Positions 46,970 to 62,560 are shown, counted from the first letter of the whole stretch. The stretch: DNA of 62,949 nucleotides, filler included, from Octopus bimaculoides (GCF_001194135.2; 4 parts of 4 records of this genome joined end to end with filler, not necessarily neighbours in it); one strand, 5' to 3'. A program made the numbers and translations. Notes: generated from the letters alone by a model not told the origin.

Positions 46970-48269
46970 ACATTCTCGAATTTAAAACATTCTCATAAAT
47001 ACTCCTCACCCTTCAAACTCTTTTTTAAGAATTATAAATTCCAGTCAGAAGTGCAACCTCGTAAAAAAGGACAGTTTAATTTTTATCTATAGAAAGAAGC
47101 GAAGTTACATCATACGAAAGTAAACATACGTCATGAAAATAACAGTTATATAAAAATAAGGAAAATATACAAAAATATGTAAGAAAGAGGAGCATAAAAG
47201 TTTACTAGTTGAAATCTTTCAGCCTGTCTCAAATGTTTATGATAGCGACAGGCAGAAGTAAAACCAATTTGCGAGAGAAAGATAAATCAATTAGACTGGA
47301 ATCGTACATCTGGGAAATTATCTGAATGTCTGCAATATTTTTGGTCGGTAACAGACCTCTTTCTCTGTTTTATAATAGGAAGCTGCCAAACATGCAAATA
47401 CGTTTACTTCATTTGCGTTGCGTTTGTCGATGCTGATATCCATATAGTTCAGTCCTTATTAACGAAACTTTAACCGGTCACAAGTAAATTATTATCAGTT
47501 AATAATCTCTGGATACATTAGGTTTGAATATACATTCTCTATCATCAAAAACTGTATCACATTATCAGGGAGTGAAAGCAAAATAAAATCAATATATTGG
47601 TTATAACTAATCCCTACATTAGAACAAACTGCGGCCTGTTATCCTCTTTTATCGGTTAGTGACTATTCCCTGTAACAGTGTTATACTTAAATTCTATTTA
47701 TTAAAAATTTTCTTCGCCTTATTGTTCAAGTTTGAATGGTTAAGTAATATATTGTATTTTCCTCACTAAGTTAATCGATATATGATCCATAGTTCAATAG
47801 GAATGGTGTCAAACACGCGGGACTGGAGCAGTTTGAAAATATTTTAAGCGTCCTTATGGGGCAGTTAATAGTTATGCGAATTAGAGGACGATTTCTTCAA
47901 ACCATGTTTTTCAGTATAAAGACAATCTAAATTCCCGAGAACAGTAACCTCGATCTTCTGATTTAATCTTTCTATAGCTTGTAGATGTAACTATACTTTG
48001 ATGCCACCACTTCCCGATATGGCTTTCGTCGTAACATTTTCAGGATGTAGATTATGATCATGTTTTACAAAATTTAAGAACACGTTTTTGGTGGACCTTC
48101 AAGTAACCGCTACAAACGGTTTTTAGAAATTCTATCGGCATGATCATAACAAACAATTTCGTAACTCTGCAAAATCCTGTTTAAAAAATATACATTTTAA
48201 TCAACTTCAGCCATCAGCCAGGTGCCCTCTCTATATTCAGAAGTTGGCTTCCCAAGACACTTCAGTGCC

Positions 48270-49260
48270 ATTTTTGAAGTGCCCAGGTATGCAATCATCT
48301 AAGCTCTCGTTTCCAGTCCATTCGTTAATGTCGTCAGTCCACAAATGTCTTTGACAGCCTCTTGATTTCTTCCGCTAACCGCTTTAAGTTACAATGACCT
48401 TCAGCAGTGTCACATGGTGAAATATATGTCAAAAATGTGATAGCTTTGTGGAGTTGATTTTCCGCATTAGGTGTCATTCGACTTCCAGCTTTTGTATTAC
48501 CGCAGCATTTGTTACCTTATCTTTTCAGCTCACCTGCCCAATCTATGTAAGATCCACTATAATCTTCCTTTTCTTCATAGCTGCGTATGTTGTCCAAATG
48601 CCTACTCGTTTAGAAATACTTGCATAATATAAGTTTACTAACCCCAATTTTAGATGTGTAGAGTTATGTCCTTTAAAATGGATATTTTTTTTCGTTTTTA
48701 TAAGTGTTGTTTTAGCTTTATTCTTTGAGCAACTTCTACACAGCGACCTTCTACTTTATTAAATGTCTTATATTCATCATTTTCACTTTTTCTTCTCTTC
48801 ATCTACCTTCTCCTGTCGATCTACCTTCATATTTACTTCCTTTCATTCTGATTGCTAATAACTATTGTCTTCGTCGTTTTACCAATCATATTTAGAGTTT
48901 CTTTTCTGTTACTTTGCTCTCTTACAACGTCAACAGTTCCTTGTAATTACTCATTGCTGGCTGTCAAGAACGCTGTACCATTAGCATATCCTACATTGTT
49001 TATGCTCATGCCATTGTCTGTGAGTCCGTTTCTCTTAATTGTGTCTATGAGCATATACGCTGCATCGATATCAAATCGGTATGGTAATAATACACATCCT
49101 CATCTGGTTCCAGTACAGCACGCATTCGATTCCGATGTCGTTTCTTTCTAAGGTGGTTTTATCTAACGAGATGATGAAATCTCTCCGTTGTTGTCAAGCG
49201 CCTTGTCATAGTCTACGGACCAGAGATCTAATTTTCCCCACAATCTCGGTCAACCCGAAT
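48270..49260 (-). mobile_element. Decayed RTE-clade LINE reverse transcriptase and C-terminus
   Basis: VDYDKALD (49199-49216), R*GCVLLPYRF, INNVGYANGTAFL (degenerate YADD), S*KDKVTNAAV and WTDDINEWTG (about 48312-48341). Confidence 0.8.
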
Positions 49261-50559
49261 GTGTTTGAGTTATACACTGACAACAGTGATAGTTTGCTGC
49301 AAGAATCAGTTGAAAGAGGCGCTCTTTACACTAAAAAACATAATAAACGACATAGAGTTTTATTAATAAACAAATGTATTCACATTAAACAGCAAAATTA
49401 TAGTTGAGCACGTAGCCTAAAGATGCACATGGTTTGTTTGTAAATAATTCGGCATTTTTCTGACTAATTAACTGGAAGCGATTGAAGTGTTTGAACATCT
49501 TCCATTCCAAATGGTAAAAAAATGTGTAGGCGAATGGCCATCGCATACAGATGTTGTTTAATAGACCATAAAACGAAAGAAACATTTCGCTAGATTAGCA
49601 GTTTGCTGTCTTCTTGTATTTTACGTACGGAGTTCGTGCCACACAAGTTTCTACATAGTTTGCACTCTATGGCAATGAAATATCCCTTTCACTATATTTC
49701 GTTCGAACACAATTAATCAATTAATACATTTTAAAACACTCTAAATCTTTAACATCTAATTTCTGAAAATTCTCATATACGACAAATACTGGACGCGTGA
49801 AAATTACTTGCCTGCAATTGATTTAATTAATCTTGATTACTTTCGTAACTGCCTTAGTTTTCTTTTTCACCAAAGATACGAGAGAATGAATATAGGAGCG
49901 TTGCTACTTTTCAGTTCTACCTTTGCGAATAGAACTGTTTAATACAATGTTTTTCTCGAGAGAAACAGCATCTTAATATGTCTCCGCCCTCATCTTACAC
50001 ACGATCTCAGCATTATCATAACAATCCAGGTAGCTTAAGACGGAAAGTAAGCTGATTCAACCCATTTCTACTTACTTCTTTTGCAGCTTTTTGAGACAAA
50101 GATATTCATTTAAACTAATCTTCATACACTCAAAATTACACAAGCAAATATATCTAAGCAACCTTGCACATCGATCATCTGCTGCAACAAAGATGACAAG
50201 TTTACTGATTCTGAAAGATGATATTATCCCTGGATACTTAAATTAAATCAGTAAAATATAGTTCATCACATTTACCAATGACATAAACTTTTGGAATTCA
50301 CTTCATATATGTCCATTATTTAATATTTCTTGATCAAAACTACGCAATATGCAGGGAACACTACTCCAGGGTTAGAACAACCATATTTACAAGTTGACAG
50401 TCTACGAAAAGCTGTCATATTCCACCCAAATCGCAAACTATCGTCTTAAAAGAAAGACAATGTACTCCTAGACAGCTCTAAAGTGACGAAATTGTCCCAG
50501 TAAGCAAGCGTTTGATTAGAAATCTGCGGATATATAATTTGGAACTCTGCAGCAGGTGA

Positions 50560-51950
<1,391 letters not shown>

Positions 51951-53538
51951 ATTAGTGGTACAATCTCACTGGTCTCGAAAGAGCTGCAAAGCGCATGTGC
52001 AATATTGCTTCCTCACAAAACTGTTTAGTTTCATGCATTGTTATAATATATTTAGATATTTATCTCCCTCCATAATGAAACATGTATTCATATACAAAAA
52101 TCTAAGATATATTGTTGAAATTTCTTTTAGTCCCATTATCAGTTTTAGAAATTGTAGTAGAATCGGAGCATGAAAATATAAGAGTTTATGTGTTATATAC
52201 CTGCTTGTGCGGAGGTACATAATATCGTATAACGTATACGTGATCAAAGAATTTTCTCTTATTTGTTATGTTATTGAATGTTTCAATAAAGCGATAATGT
52301 TTAATGCTTGCTATTTTACTTCATAATTCATCTCTGAAAGCAAAGATGTAGGCAGAAATGACATTTACCATTTAAGGAGGCGGAGGTTAAAAGAGAAATT
52401 AAGTTTTCAAGTATCTTTGCGTTTCTTGTATGTCAATGAGAAACTAAAATTTGATTGGTGACTAACTTCAACTCTGCTATGTAAAATCTTCCCTACAGAC
52501 AGGAAAATAAAATAAAAAGACATGTATTAAATTAAAAAGTAAAAGTAAAATCGAACATCTAACCTTCCGTGATATTCGTCTACTGGCTGTTTCCCCTGGT
52601 TACTAAAAAGAGGGAACAAGCAGAGCTAATGATGATGCAATAGTCTTCTTTTTAGATTAAAGGGGAAAGAAAAATGGTTTCATACTAAGAATTTAGAAAG
52701 CAAAAGAAAATCTATCTTTACATAAAATGTCAGGAGGGAACGGTAATTTACCTTCTGTTCATCGGGCTATTTGATAGGCGCATTAGTCTGTTCACGTAAA
52801 AGTTATCGTATCATGAAAAAACATTCATCGTTATAAAAGAAAAAAAAATCATTTCAATATGGTGTTTAAGAATAAAAGAGAATAGATTTTTATGAAGAGC
52901 AGAATTGTGTAAAACATACGATTCGACGTTGTTATATATTTTTCTTTAGACTGATTAATCGTACGTCCTGCTTGCCTTCATCTTTTTATGATAGCCAGAC
53001 TTTGGAGAATGTTGTTTGATATTTCTTTCTTTAGGAAAAGAACACACACATACACACAATAGATTACACAGCAGGAATGCAGCTAGTAGTGATACATATA
53101 TAGACACATATGCTTTAGACATTTCTTACAAGTGTCAGAAACGTGAAGTAATGTATATATCATTTATCTATTTCTCTCGTCCCCTCTCTCTATCTTTCTG
53201 TCTGGCATCTACTTCCTTTAGTTCTATCTTTCACACACACACACACTCACACACACACACACACACGCAAGCACACACGCAAGCACACACGCACACACAC
53301 ACACACACACACACATACACACACTCTCTCTCTCTCTCTTTCTGTATGTATATATGTATATGTGCCTATGTATATATATGTATATATATATGTTTATATA
53401 TATAAATCTATATATCGATATATGTATGAATATATGTATAGAAATGTGTGTATATATATGTATGTATATATAAATGTACATATATATATGTATATATATG
53501 TGTATATATACGTATGTATGTGTGTGTATATGTATATA

Positions 53539-53599
<61 letters not shown>

Positions 53600-53975
53600 N
53601 NNNNNNNNNNNNNNNNNNNNNNNNNNNNNNNNNNNNNNNNNNNNNNNNNNNNNNNNNNNNNNNNNNNNNNNNNNNNNNNNNNNNNNNNNNNNNNNNNNNN
53701 NNNNNNNNNNNNNNNNNNNNNNNNNNNNNNNNNNNNNNNNNNNNNNNNNNNNNNNNNNNNNNNNNNNNNNNNNNNNNNNNNNNNNNNNNNNNNNNNNNNN
53801 NNNNNNNNNNNNNNNNNNNNNNNNNNNNNNNNNNNNNNNNNNNNNNNNNNNNNNNNNNNNNNNNNNNNNNNNNNNNNNNNNNNNNNNNNNNNNNNNNNNN
53901 NNNNNNNNNNNNNNNNNNNNNNNNNNNNNNNNNNNNNNNNNNNNNNNNNNNNNNNNNNNNNNNNNNNNNNNNNNN

Positions 53976-54038
<63 letters not shown>

Positions 54039-54301
54039 ATGCATATATACATATGTGTGCGTGTGTGAGTGTGTACCTATGTATGTGGGGATTATAGAAA
54101 AAGAGAGACAGAGAGCACATGAGTGCAGAACAGATAGGTTTAAAGGGGAGAAAATACTGCTCGAATACCAAAAGCAGAGTGAAATATTACTTTATTGAAG
54201 CTGTGAAGTCTTTTACAAGATGCTGCTCAGTATTTCACGGAACCGTTTGTGAAGCAGTCCGAAATACATTTCTGGTTTCGTAAAATATCAATGTATATAT
54301 A

Positions 54302-54360
54302 CAGCGGTTGGACAAAATAATGGAAACAACTTAAAATTTCAAACAAACTTATTTTAATAT
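54302..54360 (+). mobile_element. Solo Tc1-like left terminus
   Basis: TA-CAGCGGTTGGACAAAATAATGGAAACAAC. No right TIR was found. Confidence 0.55.
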
Positions 54361-54419
54361 GAAGAACAGTTTCTTACACTCAATGCAATATATAATTCAA
54401 CTGGTTCCGTCATTGATTT

Positions 54420-54760
54420 GATGTATGGAACTTTTCCTAATCTTCTTCACAATTACAACAATATAGATTAGATTCTGACAGAGCTATCCTGGCTCCAAAA
54501 CATGTTCCCCTACATACCATGAATAATATGCTATTGAATAAACTTCCAGAAGCCTTCACTTATAACTCAATTGACAGTGCTGCTGATGATCCGGATATTG
54601 TCAACTAGTAGATCGAATTCATTAACTCACTACAACCACCAGGTACAGCTCCTCATTGTCTTCAGTTGAAAAAAGGGACTCCTATTATGCTATTACATAT
54701 TTTGTCTCAACCCAAATTATGCAATGATACAAGATTGTGCACAAACTTCATGGACCCAAA
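54420..54760 (+). pseudogene. Helitron PIF1-like helicase fragment
   Basis: From 54480: RAILAPKHVPLHTMNNMLLNKLPEAFTYNSIDS...[42 protein letters not shown]. Matches the Helitron RAILAP / EFLNSL.P.G.PPH.L.LK.G.PIMLLRNL...LCNGTRL motifs. Confidence 0.85.
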
Positions 54761-56789
54761 CATTCTCAATGTTTGTTGATATCTTCATTCTTAATGCGCC
54801 GTGAATACTTCAATAACTTCATTTACTCTTAGTATCATTATATTCAAGCATGAGTAAATTACCTACTTCAATGAAGTGTATTATATAATTGTCATTGCTG
54901 CATTGATAAATAAAATAACACATACAATTCACTTATCATTATTATGTAATAAACAAACAGAATTCATGTATAAAACGATCTTTTTTCTACTTCAATTATT
55001 ACACGTTTTTTCTCCTATAAAAATATCATATATTTGCCATTACTGTATAGATAAATAAAACAGCACATACGACCCACTTATTATTATCATATCACCACGA
55101 AAAACAAGTTCATGCATGATATTGATCTTTCCTCTACTTCAATACTTCAAATATGACATGGTTTTTCTTTTCTTAAAATGCTCACATACAGCAGGAGTAA
55201 ATCATACATATACTAATACTTCCAATGTGGCTCCCGGTGAACAGTAAAAGTAATTATCCGATCAACGACGGGTTTTAATGATTGTATATAAAAGCTTTAT
55301 GAAAGTCATATATTATGTTTACAAAACGAAATATTGTGTCCTTGCTAGCCATTAATATTTATGTACAAGCTGGAAGAATTATGTTTAATATATAAGTTTG
55401 GGCTACGCAACAGTGTTACACCGCTAAACTTTGTGTGCATTTAAGCAATGTGAGCATAGTTGATGAGTTAGATCTGGTGCTCATGAAAGAAGAAATAACC
55501 CTTGAAACATGCATATAAACCCATTATCTATTTTTCTATATTCGATTGCATTGTTTATATTGAAGTATTCGTATACAAGCGTCGTATCTTTCAGAGTTGG
55601 CTTTGAAACATATCGAAAAACTGTAGGGATAAATTTAAAAAATTCATATATACCAATTTATACCTTTATATATATATGTATATTTTATATATATCAACTT
55701 ATATAGTTATATATATGTGTATATTCATATGTGCATATAGTCATATACTCATACATGTATGTACGAACATTCGTCTTCATAGGGACACTCGTCAAAGGGC
55801 ATTCTTAGAAAAACAGTATTCTTAGAGACGTATATTTTTTATTAGAAAGGCAGAATATTGGTGAATGTCTTAGTATTTTTGAAATACATACTTAGAAAAA
55901 AATATTGATATTTATATCAACACTTATATTTAAAGTCTAGATTTTAGAATTTGCCAATATATAAATCAGAATTAATTGGTTATATATATATAATATAGAA
56001 GTTGACGTCGGATTAGGAAGTTAATTGCGATAATGGTAAAATATAAACATTCACGTCAAAAAAGTGTCTTTCATAAAAACACTCTCTCTTTTAAGATAAT
56101 TTATTAACTGCGGTCAACTCTTTAATCATCAGTAAAGTATATGTATCGATTGAACTGCTTTGGTCTTGAGATTATGTTAGTAATATTTATTACAAACACG
56201 ATGTGCAGTGTTGTGAAATACTCAATGGGAATGCAACAAAATAGTGTTACAGAGATAAGTTCGGCCCTGGCTCTCATTGCTAATCATGTTTTGTAGGTCG
56301 ATAAAATAAATATCAGTCGAATTACAGGTTAAGTTTACTCGGTTATATTTCGTTCATAAACGGGTTCTGTTCCGTTGTTTGTAACTGTAACTTTTATTTT
56401 TACTAGTGTGTGGGTGCTATAAGAAACAAACATACATGCACAGATATTAACACAAACACAGTTTGATACTAACACACATACACATACATATGAAAAAAAA
56501 AAAAGAAGTGAAAATATATCCCAACATCAAAAATATGTTGTACTATATTTAAAATCAAAATAACTTTGGAAAAAAATCGTCTGCATATTTCGATATATAC
56601 CCTCGTATTACTATAAATATGTCTTCATATACATTTTCTCAACGGAAAAGACATTCGAACAATTTATTTCTCAAACTAGTATGGTTCGCACTAATGTTTT
56701 CAATGACTACTTTTTCGAGGAATGTGCCGTAGCCCATACGCATACATACACACGCACATTCAGCTTATCACATTGGGAGCGATTGTAAC

Positions 56790-57438
56790 ATTTCTTTCTT
56801 TCTCTATTGCCCACAGGGCGCCAAACACAGAGAGAACAAGCAAGGACAGATAAAAGAATTCAGTCGATTACATTGACCCCAGAGCGTAACTGGTACTTAT
56901 TTAATCGACCCCCAAAACAATGAAAAGCAAAGTCGACCGTGGCGGAATTTCAACTTAGAACGTAACGGTAGACCAAATACCGCTAAGCAGCCGGCGTGCT
57001 AACGTTTCTGCCAGCTCGCCGTCCTAGATATTCTTTTCTAGTCTAAGCATAAGGCCCGAAATTTTTGGAGACGTGGGGGACCAGTGGATTAGATCGGCCC
57101 CAGTACGCAACGGGTACTTAATTTATTGATTCCGAAAGGATGAAACGCAAAGTCGACCGCGGTGGAGTTTCAACTCAGAACGTAAAGACGCATGAAATGC
57201 CGCTAAGCATTTCGCCACGGCGCGCTAACGTTTCTTATTTCTTTACTGACCACAAGGAGCTAAACATACAAGGGACAAACAAGGACAGACAAAGGGATTA
57301 CATGGTACTTAATTTATCGACCCCGAAAGGATGAAAGGCAAAGTCGACCTCGGCGGAATTTGAACTCAGAACATAGCAGCAGACGAAATACCGCTAAGAA
57401 TTTCGCCCAGCTTGCTAACGATTCTGCCAGCTTGCCGA
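56790..57438 (-). mobile_element. Three SINE family B copies in tandem (about 56790-57020, 57030-57234, 57233-57438)
   Basis: Each contains AAAGTCGACC..GGCGGAATTT.AACTCAGAAC and aligns in reverse with 62561-62779. Confidence 0.9.
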
Positions 57439-57867
57439 TCTAGCTTTATTCTAAAATATTGTACTTTTGGATGGCGGAATGCTGCAATAATTAAATTATT
57501 TTCTGTTGTTGTAATTTAACATTAGCAAATATTTGTAGCCACTAACAAATTATCAGATTTCTTCTTTTATATCTCTAAGCAGTAATTATTTATTCAAATG
57601 ACTTTCTTTTATCTAGAAACCATAAAGAAATTGTAATAAATTTCAACACATCATAACTTACTGGGATTTGATGCCTTCTGTTGTTATTGGTGTTTCTGTT
57701 TCATAATTCAACTCATATAAGATACTTTATTAATTGAAGAGCACTTACAATGCTTTATGTATATATANNNNNNNNNNNNNNNNNNNNNNNNNNNNNNNNN
57801 NNNNNNNNNNNTTAATTAATTAANNNNNNNNNNNNNNNNNNNNNNNNNNNNNNNNNNNNNNNNNNNN

Positions 57868-58123
57868 CCCTGGACTGGCTTGTGCGGGTGGCACATAAAA
57901 GACACCATTTCGAGCGTGGCCGTTTTCGTGCGGGTGACACGTAAAAGCACCCACTACACTCTCTGAGTGGTTGGCGTTAGGAAGGGCATCCAGCTGTAGA
58001 AACTCTGCCAAATCAGACTGGAGCCTGGTGTTGCCATCCGGTTTCACCAGTCCTCAGTCAAATCGTCCAACCCATGCTAGCATGGAAAGCGGACGTTAAA
58101 CGATGATGATGATGATGATGATG

Positions 58124-58124
<1 letters not shown>
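57868..58124 (+). mobile_element. 3' part of SINE family E ending in (GAT)n
   Basis: GGTTGGCGTTAGGAAGGGCATCCAGCTGTAGAAAC...AACCCATGCTAGCATGGAAAGCGGACGTTAAAC(GAT)n. Recognised from memory as an Octopus repeat; the 5' end lies in a gap. Confidence 0.65.
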
Positions 58125-58154
<30 letters not shown>

Positions 58155-58556
58155 CACACACACACACATATTGATGCATATTTTTTATATATTGATGTAC
58201 AATTTTATATATATTGACATACATTTACATATATATATATATTATATATATTCATCACATATAAATATATATATATTGATGTATATGTTTTATTTTTCAG
58301 ATATATTTTGTTATACATTTTTATTATGTCTGTTCCTTTTATCTTTCTCATCTTGGATCCTTTCTGATCGATTTTCTTACACAATGATTGATCTTAATTT
58401 TTTGTTTTTTTTCTCTCAAATTTATACAATATATTTTCTTTCTATTTTAAGGGGTGTGTTTAACTCTATTAGGATCAAGTCTAGTTTCCCTCCATACAAT
58501 TACTGAATAGATCAGATCATTCAGTCTGTCAATGTTTGGCCAGTTAACGATGATGA

Positions 58557-58695
58557 GCAGGCAGAATCGTTAGTCTAATGGGCAAAATGCTTAGCACCAT
58601 TTTGTTCATCTTTACATTCTGAGTTCAAATTCCACCGAAGTCAACTTTCTTTTTCATCCTTTTGGGGTCAATAAAATAAGTACCTGTTGAAATTG
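58557..58695 (+). mobile_element. Diverged SINE family B copy
   Basis: ACATTCTGAGTTCAAATTCCACCGAAGTCAACTTT...TCATCCTTTTGGGGTCAATAAAATAAGTACC. Confidence 0.75.
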
Positions 58696-58899
58696 AGCCA
58701 AAATTTGAAACCAATGTTTGGGCAGTTTGTTATCAAGCACAGAATTCCTTGTTTGTTTGTAACTTTGGCAGGTGTTTACATTGACCTATGGTCATTGATT
58801 TTGTTATGTTCTCTTCCTCTTTTCTCTTTACATTGGGTCATCCCATAAATAATGCAGTTTTTTTCAATTGCATGAGCTAAAAGTTGGAGGGAAGCAGGA

Positions 58900-59280
58900 T
58901 AAACTACCTGCATCAACTTGCTATAAAAGAAGGTAGCCCATCCCGCTCAAAAGATCCCTGAATAAGGTTTGTTTAAGGATATTGAGTAAAACACCCATGA
59001 TTCCAAAGGTGAATTATTCAAACCCCAAAGAATTACTCTCAACACATGGCTATGATGCTCCCCCACTACTTCTGCTCATGATCAGAGATGCACATATCGT
59101 CAGCCACCAAGCGACATGCTCAACTGGTTAAGGTCAAACAACTGACAAGCAAATCTGTGATATTAAGCAGAATATTTGCTGTAGCCCATCTTCTATACCA
59201 AGACAAAACAATGTACATGATAACACTTCCAATCAATTAAGATCAGAAGCCATGAGAGCCACTGCCTGGTCCTGCATCAT
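58900..59280. repeat. Probable interspersed repeat (unclassified)
   Basis: GGCTATGATGCTCCCCCACTACTTCTGCTC...GAAGCCATGAGAGCCACTGCCTGG is recalled as a common Octopus repeat. Only one copy is in this window, so it is not demonstrable here. Confidence 0.4.
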
Positions 59281-59939
59281 TATTATCATCATTATTAATA
59301 TTATTATTATTATTATTATTATTATTGGATTGTTGGACAAAATGCCTTGTGATATTTCTTTTGGTTCCTTATGTTCTGAGTTCAAATCGTGCTGAGATCA
59401 TCTTCTCCTTTTGATCTCTTTGGAACTGATTGCATAAAGTACTAGTCAAATCTGATTCCTCGTGCTTATATTAGAAATAATCATTATCATTTAAAATGTA
59501 AGCCATTCTACATAACTATGAATTTACCTTATATTGACTTTGGGTTTTTAAAAAAATGAATTTTAGATATAAAATTTTTTTTTCAGAAATTTTGTAGCAA
59601 AATAATTCTTTGCTTCTACTTAAAAATTTTTTACTCAAAAATCTCAGCAACTTGCAAGCATGTCTCCTTCTATTCACTCTTTCCTTCTCTCTCTTACTCT
59701 CTCTTACTCTCTCTCTCTCCCTCTCTCTCGTTATCGTACTGTCTCTCTCCTCCTCTTCCTCCCCTACTCTTTCTTTGTTTTACCTTCTGCGGATTGTATT
59801 TTTTTTTGAGATTGCATTTTGCCCGTTTCTAATATTTTTTGTAAATATTTAATTTTGTTTTTGTTTTTAAAATATGTGTATGTGTATGTGCATATACTGT
59901 GCGTGTGTATGTGCATATGCACACACACACAATATACAT

Positions 59940-59987
59940 ATATATATATACATATGCATATATATATGCACATACATACATACATAA

Positions 59988-60021
<34 letters not shown>

Positions 60022-60202
60022 CCACACACACACACACACACACATATATATACATATACATATATATATGCACACATACATACATACATAAATACATACA
60101 TACATATATATATATATATATCCACACACACACACACACATATATATACATATACATATATATATGCACACATACATACATACATAAATACATACATACA
60201 TA

Positions 60203-60245
<43 letters not shown>

Positions 60246-60260
60246 GTACGCACACATATA
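59940..60260. repeat. Higher-order minisatellite (about 100-bp unit, three copies) built from microsatellites
   Basis: Marker TACATAAATACATACATAC at 59981, 60085 and 60181. Confidence 0.85.
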
Positions 60261-60419
60261 TATGCATATATATATATATATAAATGCATATGTGTATGTG
60301 TGTGTATGTATGTATGTATATTTCTAGTGATGGGGAAGTTGTTTTCCAGTGTGGCAAGCATAACTGTCTGTAGCAGAACTACAGGTACCAGCATCAAAGA
60401 CACCAATCATAACAGACAA

Positions 60420-60835
60420 CAGGCTCTATGTGGTCATTTGATGCACTAGAAACAACAGCCAAATTCTCTCAACTCAAACCTTTCTGTCTTAAAATGTAGG
60501 AAGGACACATTGAGCAATGTAGTCCGAGATTTACAAAAAGATGGGAGGGTCACGGCTGGAACGCCTTTAAGAATAGGTCTGTTGAATCAGAGCTTGCCAA
60601 GAGTAAAAAAAACAATAGTATCTACACCAACAAGCCACTAGCAGAAGCCTCAATCTGGTCACTCAACTTGCTAGAAACAGCAGCCAAATCTCCCCCTACC
60701 CTTTTAATACAATGAAGTATACATTGAAGAATCTAGTCCTAGATGTACTATAGGATGGTCATGCATGGAATGCAATTGTTCATAGGTATGCTTGATCTGT
60801 GTTAACCTGCCTTGGACTAAACAAACTACACAACA
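60420..60835 (+). repeat. Two tandem diverged copies of a short interspersed repeat (family F)
   Basis: GGTCATTTGATGCACTAGAAACAACAGCCAAAT versus GGTCACTCAACTTGCTAGAAACAGCAGCCAAAT. Both contain TAGTCC and end in AAC-rich tails. Confidence 0.55.
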
Positions 60836-60869
60836 ACAACTTCATTACTAGAGAGACTACAGCTATTTC

Positions 60870-61227
60870 TGACGAATTATGATGATGATGATGATGATGA
60901 CGATGATGATGACGATAACGACGATGATGATGATAAAGATGATGATGATGATAATGCTGATGATGAAGATGATGATGATGATGATAATGCTAATGATTAA
61001 TGACCCTCGCTATTCATGAAGTTGATAATATTGCTGCTTATGAATATGATGACACGAGCGATTTACATTGATGATAATGAGGGGGGGGGTGAGTGACGGT
61101 GCTGATGTTGCTTATGCTATTGTTGTTGGCAAGGATGATTAAAACAGTGACATTATATTGATGAGGATGATGATGATGATGACGACGATGACGATGACGA
61201 CGATGATGATGATGATGATGACGACGA
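60870..61227. repeat. (GAT)n/(GAC)n trinucleotide block next to a 614-N gap
   Basis: Direct reading. Confidence 0.9.
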
Positions 61228-62560
61228 NNNNNNNNNNNNNNNNNNNNNNNNNNNNNNNNNNNNNNNNNNNNNNNNNNNNNNNNNNNNNNNNNNNNNNNNN
61301 NNNNNNNNNNNNNNNNNNNNNNNNNNNNNNNNNNNNNNNNNNNNNNNNNNNNNNNNNNNNNNNNNNNNNNNNNNNNNNNNNNNNNNNNNNNNNNNNNNNN
61401 NNNNNNNNNNNNNNNNNNNNNNNNNNNNNNNNNNNNNNNNNNNNNNNNNNNNNNNNNNNNNNNNNNNNNNNNNNNNNNNNNNNNNNNNNNNNNNNNNNNN
61501 NNNNNNNNNNNNNNNNNNNNNNNNNNNNNNNNNNNNNNNNNNNNNNNNNNNNNNNNNNNNNNNNNNNNNNNNNNNNNNNNNNNNNNNNNNNNNNNNNNNN
61601 NNNNNNNNNNNNNNNNNNNNNNNNNNNNNNNNNNNNNNNNNNNNNNNNNNNNNNNNNNNNNNNNNNNNNNNNNNNNNNNNNNNNNNNNNNNNNNNNNNNN
61701 NNNNNNNNNNNNNNNNNNNNNNNNNNNNNNNNNNNNNNNNNNNNNNNNNNNNNNNNNNNNNNNNNNNNNNNNNNNNNNNNNNNNNNNNNNNNNNNNNNNN
61801 NNNNNNNNNNNNNNNNNNNNNNNNNNNNNNNNNNNNNNNNNGATGGTTGGTGGCAATGACAGGGAAGAAAATTCTATTCTTTGCAATTCCGATGGCGGTG
61901 GTGGTGGTGGTGGTTATATAGTAACAACGACAACAATTCGATTATGGCGATGATAATGATATCTCTACTGCTGCTGCTACTAGACGGCTCCTACCCAACC
62001 CGCCGTACAAACAGCCATCTGTTCTTTACTCCACGGCAACCATCGAGACTTCCCTGACACTTGTCACAGCACCTGCAACACCAACCACGACACTGTAGCC
62101 AACGCTTTAGCTTGACATAAAAATCAATATTCCCTGCACATAGACTTCTACTTGCTATAAAACACTGCACATTAAACACTAACAAGGGACTCGTCTTCTA
62201 GCCGTCGATGTTGTCGTTGTTGTTGTGACTGTCATTACCGATGCTATTTTTGTTGTTGCTAATGTTGTTACTGTCGCAGCTGCTGCTATTTCTACAGCTG
62301 TTATTTTTGTATTGGTTGTTGTTGTTGTAGGCGTTTCTACAGTTGTTATCCTGTTAGTGTTGCTGTGGGTGTTGTTGTTGTTGTTGTTTAACTTCAGGTC
62401 AATCTGCGTCCGGTAGATTTATGATTGCTAGCATTCTAGTCCCACAATGATCTGTTTCTTCTTTTAGACACTTGGCAAGCGCCTTCTAATATAAAACTCA
62501 GGCAGACCAATACCCTGTGAGTAAAAATTGATAGACAGAAACAGAAAGATAGCCATCATA

